Assembly: GCA_963703315.1 (NCBI GenBank)
Contig: OY969811.1
Location: forward strand, 384,001-448,000
Direction: 5' to 3'
Length of the DNA: 64,000 bases
Source of the DNA: an uncultured cyanobacterium
Lineage (GTDB): Bacteria > Cyanobacteriota > Cyanobacteriia > Pseudanabaenales > Pseudanabaenaceae
Position 1 is the first letter of the stretch, and each line of letters begins with the position of its first letter. A program made the translations under genes and the position numbers. Positions 30,435 through 40,801 of the stretch are shown here, piece by piece. The notes below the pieces were generated by a model that did no database searches, was not told the origin of the DNA, and was given only the letters and a program-made list of their open reading frames with translations.

Positions 30435-31253
30435 TTAGTCAATTTCACTTTCTTCGGGATCTGCCCCTCTTGGTAACGGCTCTCGCAAAATTACAGTATT
30501 TTGTAGCTTACCAATACCCTCAATTTCTATATAAATGCGATCGCCTTCTTGAATTGGTCCTACGCCTTCTGGTGTACCTGTGAGGATCACATCCCCTGGT
30601 AATAAAGTCATGATCTGACTAATGTAGGAAACGATGTAGTCGGGAGAAAATACCATTTCATCAATTGGTGCGGACTGGCAGGGCTTTTTGACATCATTGA
30701 TAAAGGTTTGGAGTACGGCTGTGGGACTAATTTCTCTGACAATCCAAGGTCCCAAAGGACAGAAAGTATCAAATCCCTTACCCCTTGTCCATTGGCTATC
30801 ACTTCTTTGAATATCTCTAGCGGTAACATCGTTGGCGATCGTATAGCCCCAAATTGCAGCGATCGCTTGATTAGGAGTAAGGTTAAAAGCTTTTGCGCCA
30901 ATCACTAGAGCTAGCTCTCCCTCATACTCGACGCGCTTCGATTGCGGTGGCAAAGCAATCTTATCGTCAGGAGAAATAATGGTGGTGGTGGGTTTTAAGA
31001 ATATGATTGGCTCCTTCGGTACTTCTCCGCCCATCTCGGCGGCATGAGCCGAATAGTTTTTGCCAACAGCAACAATCTTGCTTGGTTCACAAGGAGCTAA
31101 AAGCTGATAGGTCTCTGGTGCAAGTAATTCACCATTTGGCTCCCCTCCCAGCCAAGGCGCTGTATTGAGTACCTTTACGGATTGATTTAACTCCAACAGA
31201 CCGTAATAAACTTCCCCTTGGAAAGTTTTTACGCGAACATAACGATCCGCCAT
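30435..31253 (-). CDS. Fumarylacetoacetate hydrolase-family protein
   Basis: KIVAVGKNY..HA.E, YEGELA, GYTIANDVTARD, GKGFDTFCPLGP, GDVILTGTPEGVG. Confidence 0.95.
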   Translation of the reverse strand: MADRYVRVKTFQGEVYYGLLELNQSVKVLNTAPWLGGEPNGELLAPETYQLLAPCEPSKIVAVGKNYSAHAAEMGGEVPKEPIIFLKPTTTIISPDDKIALPPQSKRVEYEGELALVIGAKAFNLTPNQAIAAIWGYTIANDVTARDIQRSDSQWTRGKGFDTFCPLGPWIVREISPTAVLQTFINDVKKPCQSAPIDEMVFSPDYIVSYISQIMTLLPGDVILTGTPEGVGPIQEGDRIYIEIEGIGKLQNTVILREPLPRGADPEESEID

Positions 31254-31308
31254 AGCATCTTGTGTGTATCTAAATATTTTAAGAGGGGCAACCTAGCAGA
31301 ATTGATTA

Positions 31309-31482
31309 TATAGCAATCGCCAGTATAAACCTAGTTCACCAAAGAGAGTGGCGGTGCATTGCACCTCCTTTCTCTTTAAGGTTTTAATTGTGCCGCATAC
31401 AAAACCAAAAGACGAGTTGCGGTGCTTTGCACCGCAACTCGTCTTTTGGTTTTGTATCCTAAAAAGACTGGCGACAGCTATA
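31309..31482. mobile_element. MITE-like element with TATAGC..CGCCAGT ends enclosing two palindromes
   Basis: tatagcaatcgccagt ... actggcgacagctata inverted termini. Confidence 0.6.
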
Positions 31483-31518
31483 GTTAATTTACAGAAATAT
31501 TGGTTCAGGAATTGTGTA

Positions 31519-32676
31519 GTGGTGACTCGGCAACAAATCGGGGTGATTGGTGGTGGGCAACTGGCTTGGATGATGGCGATCGCTGCCAAACGTCTTGGGC
31601 TAAAGCTGGCAGTACAGGCAGCAGTTCCTGATGAATCAGCAGTGCCTTTTGCCGATCGCGTGATTTATGGCAAGGTTGCTGATGCTACTGCCACAGCTAA
31701 GCTCGCTGAGTATTGCCAAGTAATTACCTTTGAGAATGAATTTGTTGATTTAGTTGCTTTGCAAGAATTGCTTAGTCAGGCGGGCGATCGCGGTTTATTG
31801 TTTTTACCAAAGTTAGAAACCTTAGCAATATCCGTCGATAAACTCAATCAGCGTCAACATTTTCGCGATCATCACATTCCCACACCCGAATTTTATAAGG
31901 TCGATACAGACACAGAACTTGTAGCGGCGGCGGAACGCTTGGGTTATCCTCTAGTACTCAAAGCCAGAAGGCATGGCTATGACGGCAAAGGAACTTGGGT
32001 CACTCATAGCCCAATAGAGTTGCAAGCAGCGTGGGAAAGTATGCACAAAGTCCCAGCGATCGCCGAAGCTTGTATTCCCTTTGAATCAGAATTAGCGGTG
32101 ATTGCAGCGCGATCAGAATCAGGTGAACTAGTCATTTATCCTGTTGTGGAGACTATACAAGCTAATCAAGTTTGTCGTCGCACGATCGCCCCTGCAAGAA
32201 TTGCGCCTCAAATCGCGGCAAAAGTCAATCACATTGCTCAGCAAATTGTGACTACTCTTGAGGCGATCGGGGTATTTGGTATTGAATTCTTTTTGACAGC
32301 AACAGGCGAAATCACCGTTAACGAAATTGCTCCGCGCACTCATAATTCAGGACATTACTCGATCGAAGGCTGTCAGACTTCTCAATTTGAGCAGTTATTG
32401 CGCGTGGTCAGTGGTCAGCCCTTGGGAAATGTGGCGATGGTTGCCCCTGTGGCGGTAATGGTCAATTTACTAGGTTTTGAAAAAGCATCTGGGGCTGATG
32501 CCAATTATGTCGAGAAACGTCAAGTGATCGCGAGTTTTCCCAACACCCATATTCATTGGTACAACAAAACTAGTTCTGCTGTGGGACGCAAACTCGGTCA
32601 TGTCACAGTCCTAGCAGAAACCCACGATGTTGCTATTGATCTGAGCGATCGCATTGAGAGCATCTGGTACAGCTAA
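31519..32676 (+). CDS. purK: N5-CAIR synthase
   Basis: IGVIGGGQLA.MM, ITFENE, LK..R.GYDGKG, NEIAPR.HNSGH, GRKLGHV; start position approximate. Confidence 0.95.
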   Translation: MVTRQQIGVIGGGQLAWMMAIAAKRLGLKLAVQAAVPDESAVPFADRVIYGKVADATATAKLAEYCQVITFENEFVDLVALQELLSQAGDRGLLFLPKLETLAISVDKLNQRQHFRDHHIPTPEFYKVDTDTELVAAAERLGYPLVLKARRHGYDGKGTWVTHSPIELQAAWESMHKVPAIAEACIPFESELAVIAARSESGELVIYPVVETIQANQVCRRTIAPARIAPQIAAKVNHIAQQIVTTLEAIGVFGIEFFLTATGEITVNEIAPRTHNSGHYSIEGCQTSQFEQLLRVVSGQPLGNVAMVAPVAVMVNLLGFEKASGADANYVEKRQVIASFPNTHIHWYNKTSSAVGRKLGHVTVLAETHDVAIDLSDRIESIWYS

Positions 32677-32754
32677 AACCCGAAAGTCTGTGGCGCACGC
32701 GCAGCGTGCGCCACAGACTTTTGTGTTTTATATTTAATTGCGCTCAGCTACTTA

Positions 32755-32858
32755 TACCAATTCACGAAAGTGTGACAACACTTTCGTGAATTAAAAACCA
32801 AATCCAGTAAGGATTTTCAAAACTAAAAATGGCATAGCCATTTTTAGTTTTGGTATTA
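32755..32858. mobile_element. Double-hairpin MITE-like repeat (related copies at ~29268-29368, inverted, and ~38203-38308)
   Basis: ataccaattcac.aaagtgtgacaacactt..gtgaatt and aaaactaaaaatggc.tagccatttttagtttt modules shared between copies. Confidence 0.7.
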
Positions 32859-33106
32859 GCTAACTATTGGCAATGCAAAAAATGGTACATCAAGCCAAAA
32901 TGCTGATATAGAAAGCGTTTCAAATAAGCGCTTTAGCTGATGAAAACCCTTTTCGCTTCGTGGGAACTTATAGATGCGTCTCAATTGTTTCATTGAACAA
33001 GAGTTAGCGGGAAATGGATTTACTGACGTTGCCATTACCCGCTATTTTTTTCGCGCAAAGCGCTATAAAATCCAAAAATAAAGTGAGGGCGCTTTGCGCC
33101 CTCACT

Positions 33107-33973
33107 TTATTTTTGGGCAAGATTACTAGCATGATAAGAACTTCGTACCAATGCCCCCGATCGCACATGGGCAAACCCAATTGACTTGGCGATCGCCCCT
33201 AATTGATCAAACTCTTCAGGAGTCCAATATTTTTGTACAGGCAAATGCTCAAGGGATGGACGCAAATATTGACCAATGGTGAGCGAACTGCAACCAACAG
33301 CATATAAATCTTGCATGGTTTCCGTTAACTCAGCCACCGTTTCGCCATGCCCCACCATCAGCCCAGATTTAGTAATAATGCGATCATCAAGCTCTTTGAC
33401 GATCTCTAACACCGAAAGCGATCGCTCATATTTTGCCCCACGCCTTACTTTTCCCTGCAAGCGTCGTACCGTCTCAATATTGTGGTTATAGCAAACAGGC
33501 TTAGCCGCAACTACTGCCTCAATGCAACGGCGATCGCCCCGAAAGTCGGGAGTTAACACTTCGATCTTGGCATGGGGGCGTGATTTCCGAATGGCTTGCA
33601 TCGCCTCCACAAAGCAACTAGCCCCCTGATCTGCCAAATCATCCCGCGCTACTGAGGTCAACACCACATAATCTAAACCCAATAATTCCACTGCCTCCGC
33701 TACCTTGTTCGCCTCATCAGGATCAAGGGGCATCGGCTGATGTCCTTTATCGACTTGGCAAAATCCACAGGCGCGGGTGCAGGTTGGACCCATTAATAAA
33801 AAAGTTGCCGTCTTTTGGGCATAGCACTCTGCTCGATTAGGACAACGCCCCTCTTCACAAATGGTATGAATTCCCCTCTGTTTAACAATTTTCTGCACCT
33901 CAGAAATTTCACTAGCCTTACCAATCTGGGGACGCAACCAACTGGGTAAACGCAACTCTTCTTTCGCGGGCAT
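33107..33973 (-). CDS. lipA: Lipoyl synthase
   Basis: [41 protein letters not shown]. Confidence 0.97.
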   Translation of the reverse strand: MPAKEELRLPSWLRPQIGKASEISEVQKIVKQRGIHTICEEGRCPNRAECYAQKTATFLLMGPTCTRACGFCQVDKGHQPMPLDPDEANKVAEAVELLGLDYVVLTSVARDDLADQGASCFVEAMQAIRKSRPHAKIEVLTPDFRGDRRCIEAVVAAKPVCYNHNIETVRRLQGKVRRGAKYERSLSVLEIVKELDDRIITKSGLMVGHGETVAELTETMQDLYAVGCSSLTIGQYLRPSLEHLPVQKYWTPEEFDQLGAIAKSIGFAHVRSGALVRSSYHASNLAQK

Positions 33974-34278
33974 ATAGTTTAAGACTTAGATATATTTTGT
34001 GTTTTGCCGTTTAGGATCGGTGGTGCTTCGCGCCGTCCATCCTAAATCTTGTCAGAAAAAGTCAGATAAAACCTGATCAAAACCCTTTACAGATGCAACT
34101 CTATTGACTAGCATATTGCACTGACACATTTTACTGCCATTACAGCATGAGGACTATCAGAGCTTTTATCTTGCCACAGGCAAAATAAAAACCTCAACCC
34201 CTTACTGTGATTATTTTTTATTTTGCAAATGAGTATGTACTCATTTGCAAAACGCTATAAGAGAATTTTGGAGGGATC

Positions 34279-35682
34279 TTGTTCGATCTATTAACCAATA
34301 TTCTGATCTGGATTATTGCAGTCCCAGTTTTTCTGATCCTATTTAGAGCCATCCCTAAAGATTGGTTTCGTATTTTTGGTCTGGTCATTTTTACGGCACT
34401 AATTATTATTGTTTTTGCCAACTTCCGATTTGTTGAAGATCCCACCCCAAAAATTGTTATTGACTTTCTCTCCTTTCCATTTACATTAACTGGAATCATT
34501 CTACTTTTACTGTTTTTTAATTTTCAATTAAGGCTAAAAGATGCCAAGATCAAAAGTGGTGATAAGGTTGATAACAAAGGAGTTGCTGATAGAATCAGCA
34601 TTGTTACCAGAGAAATATTAATAGTTTTAATTCTGTTTGCGATCGCCACAAATAACGCCACATCAGATCTATTTAACTGTTACTTAGAACAGCAATCGGT
34701 TAATGCCAGCGAACAATCCTTACGTCGCCCGATCCTCAACCTATCCCAACAGGATTTAGCCCAAAGAGAAGTATTTGATCTAATTGTTGTGCTTGCCGAT
34801 AATCCGCCCTCCGTTCCCCGTCTCCAAGAAGCCTTGAAAAGATGGAATGATTCCCCACGCAACCCGAAACCTTACATCCTCCTAAGTGGTGGCAGAAGAA
34901 CCACGTACCAACCAACCAAAGGCTATCCCTGCCTGATCTCACCAGAAGCTTTACCCAATCGCACCAAAGCGACAATCAGAGATGAAATTATTAGCTTAGG
35001 CTATGACTCTCGCTATGAAGATTACTTTTTAAATAGTCCTACAGTGACAACTGCCGCCCTTCCACAAATTGATTTGACCGAAGCCGATCAAATGTGTGAC
35101 ATATTAATTAACTTAGCCTTTCCTAATACACCAAATATTGCGGCTCTTCGGGCTTCAATAATTATTGAAGCATCGGGTAAAAGCATTCGCAGTAGCGGTG
35201 ACGAAATTAGAAAACTGATTAAAGATATTCAAACCAAGAAAATCCCTTTCATTTCCGATCAACTTAGAGATGATGCTCGCAATGGTCAAAGAACTTTACT
35301 AATTACCTCACCAATTGAAGGCACTCGTGCTTTTTTGTCCTTTAGAAATCAAGAATTCAATACTTCTTTAATAACTACTGACTATCGTTCTTGGCGATCG
35401 CGTCCCATCCCCTTGACCAGATATATCCCTGAAAAACAAAGTCAACTTGAAAGTAAATGTCCTGCCCCAATTGCTAAACAATTTAAGATCCGCCCTGAAT
35501 ATTTTCTGTTTAGCGCCAGCTCTTTTCTGCAATCAGAACGCTCATGGACAGAAATTAAAGAGCTTATATTCTATACCCTCAGATTTTGGTTGCGTCCACC
35601 CTTAACTGATGAAAAAGCTTATTTTCCTCAACAGCAAGGTCTTCCTGAACAAGCAATACCATCTCCTGCGATCGGTTCATAA
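34279..35682 (+). CDS. Membrane protein with divergent YdcF/DUF218-like domain
   Basis: Four TM segments, then IVVL, ILLSGG, EA.QM..IL, IIIE, LLITS...RA, E..W.E. Confidence 0.6.
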   Translation: MFDLLTNILIWIIAVPVFLILFRAIPKDWFRIFGLVIFTALIIIVFANFRFVEDPTPKIVIDFLSFPFTLTGIILLLLFFNFQLRLKDAKIKSGDKVDNKGVADRISIVTREILIVLILFAIATNNATSDLFNCYLEQQSVNASEQSLRRPILNLSQQDLAQREVFDLIVVLADNPPSVPRLQEALKRWNDSPRNPKPYILLSGGRRTTYQPTKGYPCLISPEALPNRTKATIRDEIISLGYDSRYEDYFLNSPTVTTAALPQIDLTEADQMCDILINLAFPNTPNIAALRASIIIEASGKSIRSSGDEIRKLIKDIQTKKIPFISDQLRDDARNGQRTLLITSPIEGTRAFLSFRNQEFNTSLITTDYRSWRSRPIPLTRYIPEKQSQLESKCPAPIAKQFKIRPEYFLFSASSFLQSERSWTEIKELIFYTLRFWLRPPLTDEKAYFPQQQGLPEQAIPSPAIGS

Positions 35683-35719
35683 AAAAAGCCCCGCTTTGCG
35701 GGGCTTTTTTTATTGGAGA

Positions 35720-36235
35720 TTACTTAGCTACACCTTGAGCTTCTAGAAGTTGTTGCTTCAAGCGCTCAAGATCAGATGCCCAACGGGGATCAGGTTGATG
35801 CGCTTCGGAAGAGCTACTACTAGAACTAGATGAACTTCCAGTAGACTTTTTGTTATTACTACGCTTCTTGCGTTTAGCCGCAGCTTTAACTGGTGCAGCA
35901 ACTGAGCTTGTAGATGAAGATTCGCCTTCTGCCTTAACAGAATCATCCGAACCTTCTTCATCGGAGCCATCCTCACCTTTACCTTTAGTACGAGGCAAGG
36001 CTTTTTCCAGTTTTAACACAGCACCGTTGAAGTCATAACCGTTAAATTTTTCAATGACTGTATCGGCAACTTCATCAGAACCTACAGTCACAAATCCAAA
36101 ACCTCGGCATTTACCAGTTTTGCGATCCGTTATAACTTTTAAAGATACTGAATCACCTGATTCATTGAAAATTTTTTCTAGAGCTTGGCGATCTAATTCT
36201 GCTGGCAGGTTGCCAACATAAAGGCGAATGGACAT
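35720..36235 (-). CDS. RRM RNA-binding protein (Rbp3-like)
   Basis: RNP2 LYVGNL, RNP1 RGFGFV, C-terminal QPDPRWA..L..LKQ. Confidence 0.92.
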   Translation of the reverse strand: MSIRLYVGNLPAELDRQALEKIFNESGDSVSLKVITDRKTGKCRGFGFVTVGSDEVADTVIEKFNGYDFNGAVLKLEKALPRTKGKGEDGSDEEGSDDSVKAEGESSSTSSVAAPVKAAAKRKKRSNNKKSTGSSSSSSSSSSEAHQPDPRWASDLERLKQQLLEAQGVAK

Positions 36236-36688
36236 GATGATAGAAAACCTCTACGCTATGAAATCTTCAGCAGGTGACTAGAGCAGCCGCTACAAAAAAC
36301 TTGTTTAAAAAGCTTGTTTACTACTTGCTAGCTTAAATTGGAGCTATTGATTAGGTGCTACCTGCGATCAATTTAATGAATGTTTAATTCGACACCCTTG
36401 TGCCATACAACAACATAACATACAAAATGCTCATCTTTCAAACAAAATGTAATGAAAGTATCAAAATCGGATCTATTCCCTTCCCAGTGAATAATTTAGT
36501 GGTGCATGGCTTCGGCGCTCACCACTAAATCTTGGCGTTGTCTCTTTAGAAATTTACCAATGATTTTAGGGTTTATGTTAAGTTCTATCACTTTTATTTG
36601 TGATTATTTGTGGTTATCTAAAATTTACTTGACTAATAAAATTTAAGGAAATTAATATTCACCACAATGAATTTACATTAAATTTTAT

Positions 36689-36847
36689 ATGGAAATTATT
36701 GGGGCTTTACTTATTAGCGGCTGCGTGTATCTTTCTCAACTTCTCAATGCTTCTGACGAGAAGAAAGAAAAAGAAATGGAGAAAAAAATTAAGGAAAAAC
36801 TCAAAAATGATCAATATGTCAATATTCGCATCATCGAGAAACCTTAG
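36689..36847 (+). CDS. Putative 52-aa small protein (not in ORF track)
   Basis: MEIIGALLISGCVYLSQLLNASDEKKEKEMEKKIKEKLKNDQYVNIRIIEKP*. Confidence 0.45.
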   Translation: MEIIGALLISGCVYLSQLLNASDEKKEKEMEKKIKEKLKNDQYVNIRIIEKP

Positions 36848-37060
36848 AATTTAGAGCAAGGGTTAGCTAGATCCAGAAGAGGAGTGGCGGCGCGAAGCGC
36901 CGCCACTCCTCTTGTCCTAAACAAAACTTTTTTTGCTATAGGCGTTGCAAAGTAAATAATTAGTGGTGTGCAACTTTGTCACACACCACTAATTATTTAC
37001 TGGGAAGGGAGTAGGTATACTAGAAAAATCTAAACTTGCTTGAAGTCTGGAGTGAAAATC

Positions 37061-37681
37061 GTGAAGCAAAAGTTGCAAACAGTGAGTGGAGAACTCAAAC
37101 AGCAAGTGAAAATCTTGGCAGGTTTGGTGGCAACTTTTTGGATTATTGTCATTTTTAATGAAATCATCCTTGAACGTATTTTAGTAATTGCTAATGGTTG
37201 TGGATTGAGTCGTGGACTCAATGGTTTGGGGATCGTTCCTCACAGCTTGATTGGGTTGCGCGGTATTTTATTTGCACCATTTTTGCATGGCAATTTTTAT
37301 CACGTTGCTGCTAATACTGCGCCCTTTATTGTTTTGGGCTGGTTTGTTATGTTACGAAATATTAGTGATTTTTATTTTGTATCGGCAATCTCGGCATTGG
37401 TCGGTGGGTTAGGAACTTGGTTAGTTGGTAGACCATGTTCAGTGCATATTGGGGCAAGTGGCGTGATTTTTGGCTATTTTGGCTATTTATTATTCCGAGG
37501 CTATTTTGAACGGAGTTTTGTGGCGATCGCTATTTCGATCGCGATCGCGATTACCTATGGAGGGCTAATTTGGGGAGTGCTGCCTACACGCTCTTATATT
37601 TCATGGGAAGGTCATTTATTTGGTTTCATCGGTGGGATCATCGCTGCCAAGTTGTTATCTCCCAGCAAAAATCTGACATAA
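37061..37681 (+). CDS. Rhomboid intramembrane serine protease
   Basis: PFLHG...H...N, GASGVIFG, SWEGHLFG. Confidence 0.92.
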   Translation: MKQKLQTVSGELKQQVKILAGLVATFWIIVIFNEIILERILVIANGCGLSRGLNGLGIVPHSLIGLRGILFAPFLHGNFYHVAANTAPFIVLGWFVMLRNISDFYFVSAISALVGGLGTWLVGRPCSVHIGASGVIFGYFGYLLFRGYFERSFVAIAISIAIAITYGGLIWGVLPTRSYISWEGHLFGFIGGIIAAKLLSPSKNLT

Positions 37682-37735
37682 AAAAGGAACCGCATTTAAT
37701 GCGGTTCCTTTTTTATGAATGTTATGAATGTTTAG

Positions 37736-38113
37736 CTAGGCAACACTTTTGATTGCTTCTAGCAAGCTACGAGTGCAAGCGCCTTTATCACAAAAAGCAT
37801 CAATATTTGCCCCATTAGAAATAGCTTGAGCTTTGCCCCCATCGGCTGCTGAATAAGCGACAATTTTAATATGAGGATATTCGGTCTTAATGGCGTTAGA
37901 TGCTGTCCATCCATCCATTACGGGCATATGTAAGTCCATGACTACGATATCAGGCTCATCCCTATGTACTTTAGCGATCGCCTCTTTACCATTAGTGGCT
38001 ACTTCTACAGATCCGATACAGGATTGTAGTGAAAGAGCTAGCTGCAATGTACATCGTGTTAGTTCGTGGTCATCTACCACCAAAACACGCAAAGTTTTTG
38101 TAGAAGATGTCAT
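37736..38113 (-). CDS. Single-domain response regulator
   Basis: VLVVDDH, PDIVVMDLHMPVMDG, K. Confidence 0.9.
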   Translation of the reverse strand: MTSSTKTLRVLVVDDHELTRCTLQLALSLQSCIGSVEVATNGKEAIAKVHRDEPDIVVMDLHMPVMDGWTASNAIKTEYPHIKIVAYSAADGGKAQAISNGANIDAFCDKGACTRSLLEAIKSVA

Positions 38114-38533
38114 TTTAGGCTCGGCAAGAAGGGCTTGACAATTACTTTGTTATGTAATTTAAGATACCTCTTTTCTAATGAGAAAGCTTCTATCGCAGGG
38201 ACTAATACCAATCCCAAAAATGGCGTTGCCATTTTTGGGATCTCCAAATCTTGGTGGATTTGTTTTTTAATTCCCTGAAGTGTTGCTGCATTTCATGGAA
38301 TTGTTATAAGAATTGAGGCGCGAAGCGCCTCAATTCTCTTTTGATTGGTGATCCTTTCGATGTATATTCGTAATCAATTTTTAACTAACTCAGGCGAATT
38401 TTTCATATATTTTGCCCTACTCACGCAATTTAGCGGATCGCAGCCTTCAATTGGCGAGTGTAAGCTATTGAAATAAGACAGCCAAGAGTAGTTAAAAACT
38501 ATTCACTAGTTAGACTAGGACGATTAGTCAAGT

Positions 38534-39655
38534 ATGCTTTCGATTGCCGAGCTTGCCCATAAACGAGATCCAGAGGCGATCGCCGCAATAATTCGTCAGG
38601 AATTACAACCTCTCGATATTGAGAGACTTGAGGTTGAGGTGACGATTGTCGATAGCAGCTTAGAACTACAAGTTCGCACAGATTCTGCCATTGACAAGGA
38701 AAAACTCCTGACATTAGTTCGTGGCGAACTGCAAAATTTACAGATAGAATCAGTAGCAAAATTTAGAATTCACAATTGGCGTAATGATCCAGAAATGCAT
38801 GAGCAACGCCTTTTGTGGACGGAGCAGTTTATGCTAGATTCGCCAAAATCATCACCTGTAGCTACTTCATCTCATGGCGAGATTGAGCCAGATAAGTTGC
38901 GATCGCCTGAAAATCGCCCACCAGAGCCACAATTATCTAAGCATTCCGTATTGCAGCAGGCGATCGCCAAAATTGCCCTGTCTAATCCTGAAGCCAAAGC
39001 TAATTTACTAGATGCTGAATTAAACCCGCAGTCCAGAGCAAACGCAAATAATGCAAATAATGGTGCAGCTAATACTGCAATTGTCCTTAATACTAATAGG
39101 AAAAAACAATCTCCAGCAGCTTTTGAGGATAACTACTGGCACTTGTTATTAGTGGGCTTATCGATTGTCTTGCTGGGACTGGGCATTGGGGCAGCAGTCA
39201 AGGCACTGACATTCAAGGGTGTAACCGAAGCAAATTCTTCGGCAGCCACGTCCGTTAGCAATAACTCCGTAAAAGATGCAGCGACAGCTAAAATCTCTTC
39301 CAGCAAGGATATTGATGCATCTTCTGCTTCTAAAAATTCATCTCTAGCCAACCGTTCTTCTACATCGGAAGCGATCGCCCCGACAACAAATATTGTTAAT
39401 CCTGCAAACACATCACCGATCGCTGTACAGGAAGAGGAACAAGTTATAACTTTAGAAAAGTTTAATCGTATTCAAAAAGGAATGACTATTGAACAGGTGG
39501 AAAAAATTTTTGGCGCATCTGGAAAAGTTATTGCCGAAAATAATTCGAGTAATAGTATTGGGCGCGTTTATTCGTGGAAAAATCCACAGGGTAGCAATGC
39601 CATCATTGAGTTTAAGGACGGTCAAGTAGTGGCTAAAGCTCAAGCTGGTTTATAA
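38534..39655 (+). CDS. Single-TM hypothetical protein with C-terminal DUF3862/BLIP-like domain
   Basis: TM at LLLVGLSIVLLGLGIG; ITLEKFNRIQKGMT.EQV.KIFG..G...YSW...F.DG.V..KAQ.GL. Confidence 0.65.
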   Translation: MLSIAELAHKRDPEAIAAIIRQELQPLDIERLEVEVTIVDSSLELQVRTDSAIDKEKLLTLVRGELQNLQIESVAKFRIHNWRNDPEMHEQRLLWTEQFMLDSPKSSPVATSSHGEIEPDKLRSPENRPPEPQLSKHSVLQQAIAKIALSNPEAKANLLDAELNPQSRANANNANNGAANTAIVLNTNRKKQSPAAFEDNYWHLLLVGLSIVLLGLGIGAAVKALTFKGVTEANSSAATSVSNNSVKDAATAKISSSKDIDASSASKNSSLANRSSTSEAIAPTTNIVNPANTSPIAVQEEEQVITLEKFNRIQKGMTIEQVEKIFGASGKVIAENNSSNSIGRVYSWKNPQGSNAIIEFKDGQVVAKAQAGL

Positions 39656-39837
39656 GACCAGAGAGGTTTACCCGCCGAAGGCGGGTAAACCTCTCTGGTT
39701 GGGATAGGGAAGGTGATTTATGCTTTCTCTAATTTTTTGTGTCTATTGCTATAAAATTACATACTGGGGAGGCTAACTAGCTTTTTGATGTAGCCAACTA
39801 GTAACCCCTAACCAAAGACTAGTGGGAGAACAATTTC

Positions 39838-40476
39838 TTGGGTATCGATTTACGCAGCTACGTTTATTTAGACAACTTACAAAAACAAAACGCTGCTTAC
39901 TTAGGAACGATCGCACAAGGATTTTTACCCTTACCTGGTGATACCTCTCTTTGGATCGAAATTTCCCCTGGGATTGAAATTAATCGCATTACTGATGTCG
40001 CCCTAAAATCAACTTCAGTACGTCCTGGAGTCCAAATTGTTGAGCGCTTGTATGGCTTATTAGAAATTCATTCGGCAAGTCAGGGGGAAACCCAAGCCGC
40101 AGGTCGAGCAATTTTAGAGATGCTGGGCGTAACTGAACAAGATCGCATTAAACCTAGATTGCTGTCCAGTCAGATTATTCGCAATGTTGACGCACATCAA
40201 ACGCAACTGATTAATCGCTTTCGTCGTGGACAAATGCTCTTGTCGGGGCAGACTCTATACATTATGGAAGTGGAACCTGCCGCCTATGCTGCCCTTGCAG
40301 CGAATGAGGCGGAAAAAGCGGCTTCGATTAATATTTTAGAAATTGTGGCAGTGGGTAGCTTCGGGCGCTTATATCTTGGCGGTGAAGAGCGCGATATTAT
40401 GGCAGCCTCGGCGGCGGTACTAAATACCATCGAAAATATTAAGGGTCGTGATATCTGGAACGATCGCCAAGAGTAA
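39838..40476 (+). CDS. ccmP: Carboxysome shell protein CcmP (tandem BMC)
   Basis: [64 protein letters not shown]. Confidence 0.92.
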   Translation: MGIDLRSYVYLDNLQKQNAAYLGTIAQGFLPLPGDTSLWIEISPGIEINRITDVALKSTSVRPGVQIVERLYGLLEIHSASQGETQAAGRAILEMLGVTEQDRIKPRLLSSQIIRNVDAHQTQLINRFRRGQMLLSGQTLYIMEVEPAAYAALAANEAEKAASINILEIVAVGSFGRLYLGGEERDIMAASAAVLNTIENIKGRDIWNDRQE

Positions 40477-40501
40477 TCAAAATTTGTTTTGCAAATTTTG
40501 A

Positions 40502-40792
40502 TTACAGATCATCTTCCCAACCACAACATCTACAACGCCATTGCTCTGGGGGGATTCGCATTCTTGAAAAGTAAGTGCGACATTCAGGGCATTTACCCGT
40601 AAAGATTGGATGCCAACCATATTCTGTTTCCATTGCAGGGTCATAATGTGTGAGATCTTCAGGTTCCCACAATTCCGCCGAGGCAAAATCTGAGCAAACG
40701 CCCCAATCAGGACCGTAAGGATGTACTGCACAGACTAAAAGTTGGCTGTGAGAGTAAAAGTTACAGCGATCGCATAGGGATATTTTTGCCAT
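40502..40792 (-). CDS. Cys-rich small protein (DUF6464-like)
   Basis: C..C.FY......CAVHP.GP...C.DF plus C-terminal CPEC...CRCC zinc ribbon. Confidence 0.7.
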   Translation of the reverse strand: MAKISLCDRCNFYSHSQLLVCAVHPYGPDWGVCSDFASAELWEPEDLTHYDPAMETEYGWHPIFTGKCPECRTYFSRMRIPPEQWRCRCCGWEDDL

Positions 40793-40801
40793 ATTTGTAT
40801 T

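Noticed and set aside
31293..31518. Long N-terminal extension of purK and the antisense 98-aa ORF
   Set aside because: Read-through of a MITE-like palindrome; the same applies to 51997-52206 (psbQ), 12964-13020 (cobK) and 42224-42418.
32860..33066. Possible ncRNA between purK and lipA
   Set aside because: Only short imperfect hairpins among repeat elements; no recognisable RNA family.
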